Origin: Takakia lepidozioides | Lineage: Eukaryota > Plantae > Bryophyta | DNA length: 64,000 nt | Assembly (NCBI GenBank): GCA_030704615.1 | Contig: CM060732.1 | Span: forward strand, 496,001-560,000 | Direction of reading: 5' to 3' | Shown here: piece after piece, positions 1 to 13,000 of the stretch | How positions within the stretch are numbered: the first letter of the stretch is position 1 | Layout of the letters: every line of letters begins with the position of its first letter | The notes under the pieces: model-generated | The model's input: only the letters and a program-made list of their open reading frames with translations | Databases searched by the model: none | What the model was told of the DNA's origin: nothing | Program-made: the position numbers and the translations under genes

Positions 1-365
1 ATGAGTGTCCGCGGGAATAGGGTTTAGGGTGCCACGGTCATAGGGGGAGAAGGACCTCCCGATGAAGGAGGTTCGGCAATGTTATTTAGAATTATATATT
101 GAAAGGCAATGTTTCGCGAATGGTAGGGTGGTACTGCTCTGTACAATGGGGGCCCGTTTCAGCCTACCAGCCATTTGCAAAATTCACCCACACTCCCAAT
201 CCCAAACGAAATGAGCAATGACGCATTCTCGGAACAATGGACACAGAATAGAATAAAAAGAGGGCACAATGAGGTTTTTATTGATCCACATGAATTGCAT
301 TTGAAGCACGTCTACTGTGCTGATTGTGCCCTCAAATCTTGAGCCCTGTGCCTACTGAATACAAG

Positions 366-1040
366 TCACGTTGTCAATGGGACTTCGACTGCTCTCAGAA
401 CTAGCTCATGAGTCCTGGGGCTCCTCCATGTAAAGTCGATTGCAGCCGTTGTACCGCCCCTAGTGATGTTCACCACAATGTCCTGCCCTTCAATCATACC
501 ACCATCGAATATGGAAATCTTCACGTTTTCGTCGTCCACACCAATGCGAATGTCCCCATACAATGGAGAAGAGGAGCGCACTCCTCGAGGAGAATAGGTC
601 TCTCCGATGGAGTCCACCCACGTCCAGTGGCAGCAGTTCCACCGCAACAGCATAGCAGTGCGCCTTCTTCTGCATGGGTGACCGTCGTAGCTGGGAAAAT
701 CGGAATCGAGGATGCGCAGGAGCCACGGACTCCTCAAACCAAGATCGTCACCCCGCTCGAAGGCGTAGTGGCCTACGATATACTCAAAAGCCACCAATGT
801 TTCCACAATCGAACCAGTATCTTCTGTGTAATCTGTGTACCAGATAACAATGTCTCCCGATGTGGCCGAATACATTGCATAATCGATGCCTCCAAAGGGG
901 CAGTCGTCCCGGTTCCGGAAGCACGGCATCCTTGCAAAGGAGGACCTGAGGACGACTTGGATGCCGATGACCTTGCGGACAGCTACGAAGCCCTTAGATT
1001 TTGGAAAAGATACGAAGCGGAAGAGCAGTCCGGCCTCCAA
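366..1040 (-). CDS. Hypothetical protein (possible third gene or terminal exon of the element)
   Basis: 224-aa ORF with globular-protein-like composition, followed by AT-rich sequence. No recognisable motif, and an overlapping + ORF of similar length exists. Confidence 0.3.
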   Translation of the reverse strand: MEAGLLFRFVSFPKSKGFVAVRKVIGIQVVLRSSFARMPCFRNRDDCPFGGIDYAMYSATSGDIVIWYTDYTEDTGSIVETLVAFEYIVGHYAFERGDDLGLRSPWLLRILDSDFPSYDGHPCRRRRTAMLLRWNCCHWTWVDSIGETYSPRGVRSSSPLYGDIRIGVDDENVKISIFDGGMIEGQDIVVNITRGGTTAAIDFTWRSPRTHELVLRAVEVPLTT

Positions 1041-1432
1041 AATGGAGCATCTGGGTCACACGTACCCACCGACGGAGGTGGAACGTGTTCATCACGCCAG
1101 CGGTGGATGAACCCATACATCTTTCTCATCAACAAGTTATAGTTTGAGATCTGCCACCGAAGTCCATCCCCCCGGATGGAAATTCGGCGCCGCATTTACA
1201 TCGAAGAGGGGATGGACTTCGTCGTGTCCAGTGGCTATCGGCCCACCTGGCAGTGACTGTGCCCTGGAATGTACCTCACTTCTGTATGACTGTGTTTCAT
1301 TGTGTTGAATAACTCTCGGATTTGGCCCACTGTTTACAATTTGATGTCTCATTTCTACAATTTGTCTGTCTGGTTGAATAAAGCAGAGTAACCGGTATGT
1401 GAGTCATGTGTCAAGAATATACCAGAGTAACG

Positions 1433-2300
1433 CCATGTCGGACATTGAAATGCGGCACCGCATTTCCATGTCGGCATCGAAATGCGGCGCCGCATTTCCA
1501 TGTCGGGATCGAAATGCGGCGCCGCATTTCCATGTCCGCATCGAAATGCGGCACAGCATTTCCATGTCGGACATCGAAATGCGGCACCGCATTTCCATGT
1601 CGGACATCGAAATGCGGCACCGCATTTCCATGTGGGACAAGAAAATGCGGTGCATCATTTCCGTCCAGGTACACGAAATACCAACACGGGTCTATAAATT
1701 GATCAGAAAACGAGGTTGGCATTGCAAATGCGGCGACGCATTTCCAGCTTGGCAATGGAAACTTCTTTTTGGACAAGGGAATGCGGTGCCGCATTTCCGT
1801 CCAACACTTCGAAAAGTGCACCTATTTCCGACCAGCGCGATGGAATGCGTTACCGCATTTCCGAGAGAGGGTCTGCAAATTGACAAATTGCGATGTCCGT
1901 TCTGGAAATGCGGCGCCGCATTTCCATGTCCGTCATCGACTTTTTTTTTACAATGGAATGCGGTGCCAGTTTTTGCTGATGGGTCTGCAGTTCGAACAAC
2001 CACCATCCCCAATATGGAAATGCGGCACCGCATTTCCAATCCCGCCATGTCGGCCTCCTTGTTCGACCTCCTTGTTCGACCTCTGTAAGCGTGGTGGCAT
2101 CCATGCAATGAGCGGGAGAGGCCAAAACTGGCGTGTGGACAAAGGAAATTTTGGAAATGCGGCACCGCATTCCCAATTCAGATTACTTTTTACTATGCCA
2201 ACATTGAAATGGAAAAATTAGTCCCTCCCCTGTTTTGGAAATGCGGTGCCGCATTTCCAAAAGAGGTTCTTAGAGTTGCCAAAATTTTGGAAATGCCCTG
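1433..2300. repeat. Palindrome array A: ~15 copies of GAAATGCGG(CA/CG/TG)CCGCATTTC, the first seven in 32-33-bp tandem units
   Basis: ATGCG cores at 1450,1482,1514,1546,1579,1612,1645,1728,1781,1845,1908,1958,2020,2157,2241. Unit consensus CCATGTCGGACATCGAAATGCGGCACCGCATTT. Confidence 0.95.
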
Positions 2301-2446
2301 ACCCATTTCTGATTTTGGGAGCGTCCTGGTTTGGGCGATTGTGTGGCTGGAATGCACACTGGAGAGGGGTCACGAATGTCGGGCAGAATTTTCTTTATAT
2401 ACTCTGGAAGAGAATTTACATTTACAGAGACTTCATTAAAATTCTA

Positions 2447-5400
2447 TTAATCTTGAAAATCATCGGAATCCTCATCCTGTTCTAGACTGTCCTGCTCCTC
2501 CTCCACCCCCTCAGTGCCTCTCTCATCTCCAGCGGACTGCTCGTTGGCCAGGCTTTCGAAAATCCCATCTTCCCCTTGCGGAACTGTCCATCTCACCTCC
2601 GTTGGGTCGTCTTCCTCCCTGTCTGCGTCGCTCTCATCCGCTGAATCACATATGTACTTTCGTACCCGTCTACCTGTCTGAGCTGCTGCCAACTCTTTCC
2701 TTATCCTTCTGTCCTCCCTAGCCCTCTCCAAAATCTGCTCTACTTTACTGGGATTCTCACTTCTTCTAATCGCTGTATTTGCGAGTTTAGCTGCATAACT
2801 AGGAAGGGAGTAGTCCCTCACCGGGCTCGTCATGAAGTCGGCCCTCGCAAAGAACGGGACATTCTTCCTGGCAGGAAGTGTAGGCCCTACATGTTTCGAC
2901 CCGGACCCTGCAATCCTGCACATGACAATCATCAACGAGACTAATGAGAACCACAGTCGGGAAATTCCTTTGACATAAATGACCCAGAAGGCTTTGCAAA
3001 CTTACAATGTTTGCACTCACTCGTATTCCGGGTTCTCCTCTGCATCAATGTCCACTGTGTCTTCCTCGGACTCCGACGAATCCGAGGAGACTTCCGCTCT
3101 GTCGGGAGCCTTCACATTCCGTTGCAGCCCCTCCAGATGGGATCCCCACACGGATGAATCCTCCTCGTAGGCAAAGAGGTGCCGGTCGGAAAACCGCCCA
3201 GCCCACATTGAGGCACCTGTTACAATGCCATCCACACATTACCACATGGCGCTTCAGATGTTGCGAACTACATCCTAACGAGAATTTGCAGAACAGCAGA
3301 GATCAAGATTCTGCATACCTGTCCCACAGATGAGGTCCAGCACTGTGCCCTCCACGTCTGTGCATGTCTCCATAATTGTCTGAATGAAGGCAGGGCTCCG
3401 AGTCCGTGAGTACCGCAGGGGTTCCGTTGAAGTGAGGCTATGAGGGAGAAGTTCCTTGGGAACGTTGTTGAACAGAACGTCGTAATCGAGTGGGTCGCAG
3501 TTCGGGTCAACCTTTCCTCCCTCCTTCCGGAAAGCAAAGGTGGAGTTTTCCTTCACAAAGCAGTATGCATCGAACTGCTTCGTCTGCATACACAGGGGGA
3601 AAACGATTAGAAACCGAATGCGGCACCGCATTTGAAAGCACCCAAGCAAATGAATGGACGAGTGCCAGTGTCGTAATCACCTTCTTCCCTTCCGACCGAA
3701 GGCCCAGTGTGTTGATGCACGTCCACTTCTTTTTCAGAATCGGGACGGCGCTCTTGCGGGTCCACTTCGCAATTCCTGTCTGAGTGTTTTTTCCTCTGCT
3801 CGCCAGGACAACCACACAGCCTCTGTCGTCCAACACCATGCGGGCAAGCCCGAATCCTTTCTTCCAAAAGTCCTCCGAGTACCTGTTCCAAGATGGCAAA
3901 GCTTGCAGTCCTTCCACAGGCTCTCCGTCCGGAATATCCAAGATGATCATATCGCAAGACCACTCGGTGGCATTTCCGCCCCTCCTACAATCCTTGTCTG
4001 CACACACCCTCTCAAAGAACGAGACCATATTCTGAAATCCTGGGGTGTCGGAAGGCTCTTCGGCAGTCGCCTTCTTCAGTGCTCTGCCCTTCAGACCCTC
4101 CATGGTCTTCATGTATGCCAACTTGGCTGCCCGTCCATCCAAAGCCGCCAAGAAACTCTCATTTACACACTGGACTACAGTTTCGGGAGCCACTTTCGGC
4201 CTCTTCATTTCCACCGGCTCGAAAGGGTGCCCCCCTGGGGGGTTGAAGAGTGCCTTCTTTGCCGAGCCAGTTCTCGTGCCTCTGGTGACAACGGTGGGCA
4301 CAGGGGAGGCAGCCTGCGTTTGGGGGGGTGGGCTGGTTGCAAAGTCTCCATCGGAGTCCTCTTCCTCACCCTCTTCCTGAACAGGCTGTTTCTGCTTCTT
4401 CGTTTTGGCGGGTGTCACAACAGCTGCTCCTTGCTGGCGAGTCCTCTTCTTCGACCCCTTCTGTTGGGCCTGCACAGCTGCATCCACCGTCTTTTGTGCC
4501 ATCTCAGCTGCCTTTCTGGATTCTTCCAGAGCAGCAGATTCCTTTGCCGACTTTGGCCCAGCAGGGACACGTCTTTCCTTTCTCTTCTCTTCTGCCAAGG
4601 CGTGCAGATCTTTCTCAGACTCGTCAACAATACCGCCAGACATGTCCAGGTACCACGGGCATCCAACGAGATGCGCGGGATGCCATTGTTTCTGCATCTC
4701 GGGTGTGTAGACACAGCTTGGGCCCGCCACGGTCCAAGCCATGAAGAACGGGGGCTCTTGAGCCAGGGCCCCTGTCTGAAGGAGCACGTATTTCATATAC
4801 CTGCAAGGCAGTCAGCATGCGTGAGCAAAACTTGAGACCAACCTACTGGCAGAGTGCCACCGAAAACATAAAATGCGAATGCGGTGCCGCATTTCCGAGA
4901 CAAACCTCGTAACCAGGCTTCGCATACAAGGGCAGCTGTGCTTCACCTGTAAACAATTCGCATTGCAGCTTTCCCCGCTCCCTCCTGATGTGTAAACTCC
5001 ACGCTCCTTCTTGCTGTCTGTAGCTCTCTGGCGAAAAGGTTGTCCTTGTACGCACATCTGAAACGTGTCACGTAGTCTTCCAATGTCTGTGTTCCATCCC
5101 ATTTGACGTACAAGCCGAACGAATTTGTGTGCATTACGACTTGCTCCTTTGCATTCGACATTACCTGCCATTCCCAAATGCATTGTCACGTAGCAGTTCA
5201 GGGAATTCATGTCAGAAAAGCAAATCTGGGGAAGTACCTTGAATTACCTGGAACCACCAAGTCATACGGTTGAGCCACACATCCACTGCAGGGTCGGAAA
5301 CTTCCAGTGGAAAAGACCACATTGTCCTTATGCTCTCGGATGCATTCCAGATCGACAGCCACCGTGTCTGCCATTTCCGATCCAATGTCAGTGGCTGGAA

Positions 5401-7390
5401 GAGAGTGGCTATTGCTAGGAAGGAAATTCAGTGCATTGAAACCTCACCTTCTCTTTCGCCTCCACACATGCCGTTGAGAGGTGATGCAGTTTCTCCAATT
5501 GCATGGTCGGCTGCATGGCCCGAGAATAGTGTTTTGCAATCTCGGGGATGAAGTCCTTTCCAAGTGCCGGATCTGCAATTGCCACCAGCTTCACAAGCTT
5601 TGACTTGTATTTGGTTCTGGACTTGACACCGGCTTCCTTCAAGTGCTCAGTCAATGACTGCAACGTTTTGACCTGCCCCTCACTTTCCATGAAGAAGCGT
5701 TTGGCATGGGCCAAATCCAGCTTGATGTTTGACTGCCAACAAAAACATGCAGAAGCGTTACATTCGATTCATGTGGAAACATTACTGGAAATTGGGGAAG
5801 GATGAGCAGAGGGAAATTGGAGCACGACTTACTTCGTATATCACCTCCACCATTCCATCCATAGTGAGACGATACCATGTCCGGTCTGTTTTTGCAACGG
5901 CTTTCTGAATGAGCTCCGGCTCCAGCATTTCCGCAAACATCTGCGGATCAGTAAGACCAGTTTTCCTCACCCTGTACAGCATATGTGCCATGTGGGTATG
6001 CACGTACGCATTCTCAGTGACCCTGCAAGGCACACTCTCCAGTTCAGTACACGGAAGCACGGAATCAAACCAGAATGGAAACCGAAATGCGGCACCGCAT
6101 TTCGAATGTGCTAGGGAGGGTATGAGTATCTTACGAGTTGAGGTCCGCCATGGCATTCTTGAGGAGGGAGGAGTCTGCCGCCTTCACCTTGAGGATGACA
6201 CACTCCACCATGTAATGCCAGCCAATGTGCTTGGCATGGTTCTGCTTGATGTACTCCCACCAGGCGAGAAGTCGGTGATTCCCGTCCCACACAAAGAACA
6301 TTTTTCCCGACATATGGCCGAAGTCGGGATCACCCTTCAGCGTCGCCTCGAATTCGTGGTTGCGAGTGTGCCAGTGGGTATCCCACGTTGACAATTCATC
6401 GGCAGTGGGTCCACGGGTTTCGCCGTCCTCATTCTCTATGGAAACGTAAAACGCTGCCGATCCCAGACGGTACCCTTCTCGAAATGCGAACTTGAGCTTA
6501 TCCACATCTCCGGGAAGGGCCTGCCTGACGATGGGAAGGGAGACCATGCGACAGAGTGGGATTCGAAGAGTCCGCTGGAATACCCTGCTGCCCAGAACTC
6601 TGCCAATGCTACTGTGTGTCTCCTCCAACATTTTATCCGCTGCACTTTTGAAATCCTCCGGAGACATGTCTGTAGGTGCCGGTAGTGGCTGAGCAGGTGG
6701 AGCATCCTCAACTGGAGCTGCACTCTGGGGCCTGTGTGCGGGCAATTCTGCCACTGCAGAGGCCTCCTCCGGGCCTGCTAGCTCATCGGTGGTGAGGTCT
6801 GCCTGCGAACGTTCAGCGGCAGCACCCTCCTCCGGTACCAAATCGAGATCAACGGTCGATCCCATTGCCTTCGCTGCAGCAGAGTCGGCCCCAACATCTG
6901 CAGGCGGGAAATCCTCCAGGAACTGAGCTTCAGCTCGTGGAAGCGGTTTTGCGGGAGATTGTTCGGCCGTCGCCCTGATTGCCTTCTGCTTCCTCATCCT
7001 TGCAGGTGAAGGTGTCTGCTGCAATAGAATCTGTCTTCTACCCTGCTGCTTCATTCGCGTTGGGGGGGGTGAATCGGCCTGAGCCGGTTCAGAAGCCAGT
7101 AGAGGGACGGGCTGCTTCTTCTTCGACTTTGCTGGAGAAGGGCCCGACCCCTGCTGGCGATTCTCCATGATCGAAGAACGCGAGTCGATCTCTGAGACTT
7201 TGAACTTGCCCTTCGAAGACGCGTCTTTGAATCGCAGAGGGCTAGGCCCGGCAGGAGTACCCGCGCTCGGGGATCGGGTGGGTGTACGTGCTGCAGCTAG
7301 CTCCTCGGACTCTTCCTGCGGCTCTTCGGATTCCTGCGATCCCTCCAGCACGTCCACCTTTCCTGTTAGGCATGCAAACATGTTCTGCAT
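2447..7390 (-). CDS. Spliced ParB/Srx-like domain + beta-class amino-DNA-methyltransferase-like fusion protein (~1,370 aa; a further 5' exon near 7490-7570 is possible)
   Basis: Exons 7390-6135, 6022-5833, 5732-5448, 5367-5248, 5164-4947, 4800-3681, 3583-3319, 3216-3021, 2915-2447 join in frame across eight GT-AG introns (80-146 bp). Motifs: MFFVWDGNHRLLAW (ParB/Srx DGxHR, ~6260-6300), CDMIILDIPDG (degenerate DPPY-like motif IV, ~3925-3957), and RSPAFIQTIMETCTDVEGTVLDLICGTG/ASMWAGRFSDRHLFAYEED (motifs X-I-II, SAM binding). Confidence 0.8.
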
Positions 7391-7964
7391 TCAAGTCTCC
7401 TAGCATTCAGTCTAAGAATTACAGAAGCAAAATGGGGGGTTCGGTGCTCGATCAGCTGCGCGCAGCCCGATCGCATGGAGCTCTCACTGGTGGCTGGGTT
7501 GCCTGAGTGGCCTGCTGCTCGGAGATGGCAATCTCCTCCTGTAGACGCATCTGCTTCCTCCCCTTCGGCATTGGCCTACGTCCGAAGTATAATTTCCGGA
7601 GCTTGCGACGAGGTCTCCTGTCTGGTGCACGAACTCCCCCCCTCTCAGGTTCGAGCATAAGAAGAACAGAGAGAGGGAAAAGGGGCAAAGAGTGCAGATG
7701 GAAAGGGCGCGAGAGGGGTGACTGAGGAGACACGACAAAAGTAGATGAAACGGCGGTGATGCACCACTTGGGTTCGAAAGGTTGGACGAAAGTGTCTCCT
7801 CGTGGAGTTTGCGTCATTACGAAATTCGAATCGTTGAGGGTACGCCCGCCGTCCGAAAATCAAACATCATTATCCAACGGTCAGGCCGCGCCGCCTCATG
7901 CCCCTTCAGTCAGATAGAGTGCCGACATGTGCAGCAATTCCGTTGCTCCACGTGTTCACATTTC

Positions 7965-9655
7965 AAGGCATTTCCGTCCCAGCGTCTGATGAGTTGGAGC
8001 GAGAATGCGAATGCGGCGCCGCATTTCCGTTAAGTACCATCACGAAGCTACACATCCGTACTTGTTGGAAGAAAATGCGGCACCGCATTTCCGTTCCACC
8101 TTCACATACCTTAGTTGTTGAACGGAAATACGGTGCCGCATTTCCGTCCCACAGCTCCATGTATGAGATTCAGAAGGGAAATGCGGCGCCGCATTTCCGT
8201 TCCCACTTCACATACGTTAGTTGATGAATGGAAATGCCGTGCCACATTTCCGTTCGGGAAAGTATAGAGGTCTCACCTGGACAGAAATGCGGTGTCGCAT
8301 TTCCGGTCTGGAAAGGTTGAAGGTCTCACATGGATGGAAATGCGGCAACACATTTCCGTAGCACAGCTCCAGGCCGAATATACAAAACGGAAATGCGGCG
8401 CCGCATTTCCGTTCGAGAATGTCGGAAGGTGCGACTCGAACGGAAATGCGGTGCCGCATTTCTGTACCCGTTGCGCACGATTTTCAGTCAGAATGGAAAT
8501 GCGGTACCGCATTTCCGTTCTGTAGAGTATTAACGTCTGACGCTGGCGGAAATGCCTTCCCGCATTTTCGTTCCACAGCTCCATGCCTCACATACAAAAC
8601 GGAAATGCGGTGCCGCATTTCCGTTTTGGAATGTCGGATGGTGGGACTCCGACGGAAATGCGGTACCGCATTTCAATTCCGATGTTTCAGGATATTTCAT
8701 CAGAACGGAAATGCGGTGCCGCATTTCCCTTTTAAATCTAATACATTCCGTTCTGGAATGTTGGGAGGTGCGACTCGGATGGAAATGCGCTGCCGCATTT
8801 CAGTTCCGATGGTTCACGATTTTCAGTCAGAACGGAACCGCATTTCCGTTCTGGAATGATGGTGGATGCGACTCGGATGGAAATACGTTGCCGCATTTCA
8901 GTTCCGATGGTTCACGATTTTCAGTCAGAACGGAAATGCGGTGCCGCATTTCCGTTCTGGAATGATGGTAGGTGCGACTCGGATGGAAATACGGTGCCGC
9001 ATTTCAGTTCAGATAGTTCACGATTTTCAGTCAGAACGGAAATGCGGTGCCGCATTTCCGTTCTGGATAGTGTGAATGTCTCAACCGGTCGGAATTGCGC
9101 TGTATGAAGCTGTCGGAATCTTACTCGGCTCCAGGCATCAGATACAAAATGGAAATGCGGCGCCGCATTTCCTTTATGGAATGTCGAAAAGTGCGACTTT
9201 GACGGAAATGCGGTGCCGCATTTCTGTTCCCGTTGTTCATAATTCTCAATCAGAACGGAAATGCGGTACCGCATTTCCGTTCCACCTTCACATACCGTGC
9301 TTGTTGAATGACGGAAATGTGCTGCAGCATTTCTATCCCTCAGCTCCATGCATCAGATACAAAATGGAAATGCGGCGCCGCATTCCCGTTCTGGAATGTC
9401 GAAAAGTGCGACTCGGACGGAAATGCGGTGCCGCATTTCTGTTCCCGTTGTTCATAAATCTCAATCAGAACGGAAATGCGGTACCGCATTTCCGTTCCAC
9501 CTTCACATACCGTGCTTGCTGGATGGAAATGCGTTACCGCATTTCCGTTCTGGAGAGTATAAAGGTTTCCCCCGGACGGAAACTCGGTGCCGCATTTCCG
9601 TCGCTCTGTTGCATGACCAAGATGCAATACGGAAATGCGGCGCCGTATTTCCGTC
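7965..9655. repeat. Palindrome array B: ~30 copies of (AC)GGAAATGCGG-NN-CCGCATTTCC(GT) at a 53-bp period with five recurring spacer classes
   Basis: AAAT starts at 8073,8126,8179,8232,8285,8338,8391,8444,8497,8550,8603,8656,8709 (each +53), again in 8881-9093 and 9153-9633 with a few indels. Lies between the two divergently oriented genes. Confidence 0.95.
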
Positions 9656-10081
9656 CACCAGCAATCGACAGAATCACTCGTGACGGGAAATCTGGAACCT
9701 CAATGGGTTGCATTGTTCCGAAACAACACAATTGCGGCCAGTCTTGATGAGCACAACTTGGTTGTCTGACCGTTTTAACCAGCAGTCCTGGCACTTGTCA
9801 GTGCGAACGTTCCTGTCTGCACCGAGAATACTGCTGGATCCACCCTCAGGAGAAACTGTCAGGAGATGTTATTTCGTCGCCGAATCGGCCATCATTGTCC
9901 TACTCACTGGCTATGGAATCAAACCTCCCACCTTCATGCATGTAGCTTGAAACAATACTTTCCACTTCAATGTGCGACTTCCAATCGTCGATGGACTCCG
10001 CAGATCCACTTAGATGGTGCCTGTGAGCCTTGGTCTGTCGCTATACTGAACCTCGCACTTGCCAACTCCGTGCGGTGTTCG

Positions 10082-13000
10082 ATGGCTCCGAATTCCTACG
10101 CTATAGTTTGCTGTCCTCCGCAACTTGGGAGAGCCTGGATCCCAAACGAGGGAGGACTTTGCAGAGTGACTGAAACTTACCTTTGTTCCAAATTCAAGCT
10201 CAAACCGGGCACAGTTTATTTGGAAGAAGAAAGGAAGGATGTTCCTGGACAGGTTGACGAGACCATTGTCGTGCTAGGTAACGACGGAGGTTGCGGAATC
10301 GAATGGCACGTTCCCCCGTCAGACACCATCCTGTACCGAGCTGTGGGAATGCCCATTCCCTTTCCGAATCAGTCGCTGCCCACACCATCCACAAAGGAGT
10401 CCGGAAACCGAGAGGCGGCCACTGCCAACAGAGAGGTATGCAACGATAATCATTCCCGACCTGGACCGTCAAGACCCTCCATAGCTTCTCGTGTGGACGT
10501 ATTCGACATTTCCGACGAGGAAGATGATTGCATTGAGGTACCCATGTCCTCCACACGGTCGTTCAAATCCGGCATGGACGTCTCTGTAGGTGCTACGCAT
10601 GTGCCCTCGAGCATAACTCCAACCCGGTCCATTGTGCAGCTCCTACGACAACATCACCTCGATGGTTCTCGCTCCGAGCTGGCTGCTCTCGACTATGCCA
10701 AATTCCCAGTCAGAAAGGTAACTTTTCTGCCTCCCGAAGTCGATGGCAATGTCATCTTCGAGTTTCCACCTGTTTCTTCGTCAAAGAAAGCCTCCGGGAT
10801 GTTAACAGACATGGATCGAAAGCATGACGGACACCCCTGGTGTGTGACGAAGACCAGTAGCACAAAAATTGCTGATGGTGTTCGTGTACGATATGTCCTC
10901 TGTGCGGGGAAGCTGAGGTGCCTCAATCCCACCTGCTTCCACTTTCTCTCCAAAGGAGGGCGGAGAAACGAGACGGATTGGACTGGCACAACGCATCATC
11001 CATTCATTGTCTCCAGCCAAGCTCCTGCGGGTTCTTTCAAGTGTGCACATTGCAAAGAACCACCGACGTGCATGTCCATGTGCAGAGCCAAGCAATATTA
11101 CGTAATCCATTTGCTCCCGGACTTGACTAGAGCTTGCATACACGTTGGGGTCCACTGCCACCCCTTGGCGAGAGGCAACATGCGTGAGGCTGTGCAGGAA
11201 GCACACGACATCATAAAAGAGGAGGTGAAATTGAGCCCCGGAGCCAGACCAAAGCAGATTCAGCTGAAGGCAGCCCACAAGATTGCTCTTGGCAAAATCA
11301 TGTCTGAAGATGGTTCCGACCGAGAGCCCTTGACCGAAGACGAGATGCGTGACCTCTTGGAGTCCGTCTCGCACGTTTGTAGTCCGAATGTGCGGAATCA
11401 CATCGTATCTTGCAAGCAGGAGTTCGGCAGGGGGTCGGACATGTACTCAATCCTGGAGGTGAAACGAATGACTGGATATGACTACATCCAAGGTAGCAGG
11501 TTTCCAGGGCAAGGCAGCGAATCCGATCGTTGTTACATTTTCAAAATGTCGACGTGTGGGCCTGGGAGTGGAGTCGACTTGGTCACTCGCATGACAACTG
11601 GAAACTTGTCGAATGCTTGGGTGATGTTTGATCACATCAAGCGAATTACAAACCATCAGTGGGTGACTATGGGTGCGCATGTTTATGACTATCACTCCAA
11701 GAGGCTCATGACGATTGCAATCTGCGAGATGAAAGGGGAGGACACACAGTCCGAGATGCATCTGTGGGAGGGCATAAACGAGCAGATGGCAAGGGCGGGA
11801 TTGCCAGAGCCCAATTTCAGGGGATTCATGGCAGACAACGCTCAGGCCAACTGGGCAGCGGTGCGGCGTGTGTACGGTGAGGACCCCAATGTTCCAATGG
11901 AGGGGAAAGAGAGATCCTGTGGATTCCATTGGATGCAGAGTCTATCCCACTACACTACCAAATTTGTTGCTAGCTCATTCCAGGCTGAACACCGTGTCCT
12001 TTGTACGGCGTGGAAGGATGCACCCACATTTGATGACGCGGAGGTTAAGTTTGCTATCATCGAGGCTTGGTGGAACACGTCAGGTGCAGTGGAGACAACC
12101 AATCTGGGAGCATTGCACAGCTGGTTGGGGTGGTGGCATTTTCGGTATCGACAGTTCGGACAGTACATGCGGGAGGTAGGCTGCTGTCAATTTCGTTCAT
12201 TTGTCTTTCTGTTACGGACATTTCGATTGGTCCCTCACCGTTGTTTGTGTCCTTCTAGGAGCGGTGCTTGGATTCCGACACGGACATGCCGAACACGAAT
12301 ATGGCAGAATCGGTCCACTCCTCCTGGCGAGCGTCTTCTGCCGCACATCTGGTGGACGTAGTGACGGCCACAACGGAGGACATCGACAGAGCAATCATGC
12401 AGCAAGCCACGTACTACAAGTTCCTGAGCGGCAAACAATGGGGCTTTGGGCCGGACAGGGAGGAATTGTTGGTACGAACAGCTTCGAGGTCCAAGAATCC
12501 AGTGAAATGGGCGACAGCATTGCGAGAGAAGATCAAAGGGACGCCTCTGCACCGCAGAGGTGAACACCTAGAGGGGGACGTCCGGACTCGCCCTGTCAGG
12601 CGGAGGATTGAAGAGGAACCCGGGTGCGAAGAGGATTCCTGGAGATCCGACAGGAACATTCGGACAGCACCTCGAGGTCCCGTCATGTTGCCGCACAATG
12701 TGTCTTCCAGCAGTGGAAGCCCAAGAAATTCCAGATCGCCGTCGCCTTCAACCGGGGATTTCGTGCAACAAATTCCCACCGCTCCCTTGCCCCACATTCC
12801 GCCCGCTGTTATGCAGTATGGCCAAGCCATTGTGGAGACGACTGTGTCTGCCTCACAGTGGAGAATTGCTCGCACAAAGCCGTCGTTTCGAGGAAGGTGT
12901 TCCGCAATTCGTGTGGATACACGGCAACGTTGTTTAGAGATGATAAGGAGGAATCCAGATGGGGCTGTCCCTGCTCCTACTTTTACAGGAAGATTTGTCC

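Noticed and set aside
18-30. Telomeric repeats (TTTAGGG; also at 39203-39216)
   Set aside because: Only about two units, at most telo-box-like motifs and not a telomeric array.
1399-2221. Overlapping ORFs with MEMRCRIS / KCGAAFP / GNAAPHF repeats (also at 7900-9750)
   Set aside because: Translation artefacts of a stop-free palindrome, open in all six frames.
3654-4835. 393-aa + strand ORF (and similar antisense ORFs at 21247-21975 and 57416-58426)
   Set aside because: Antisense shadows of real coding sequence with no motifs.
7965-9655. CRISPR array
   Set aside because: Spacers recur in five families rather than being unique, no cas genes are present, and the context is a spliced eukaryotic transposon.
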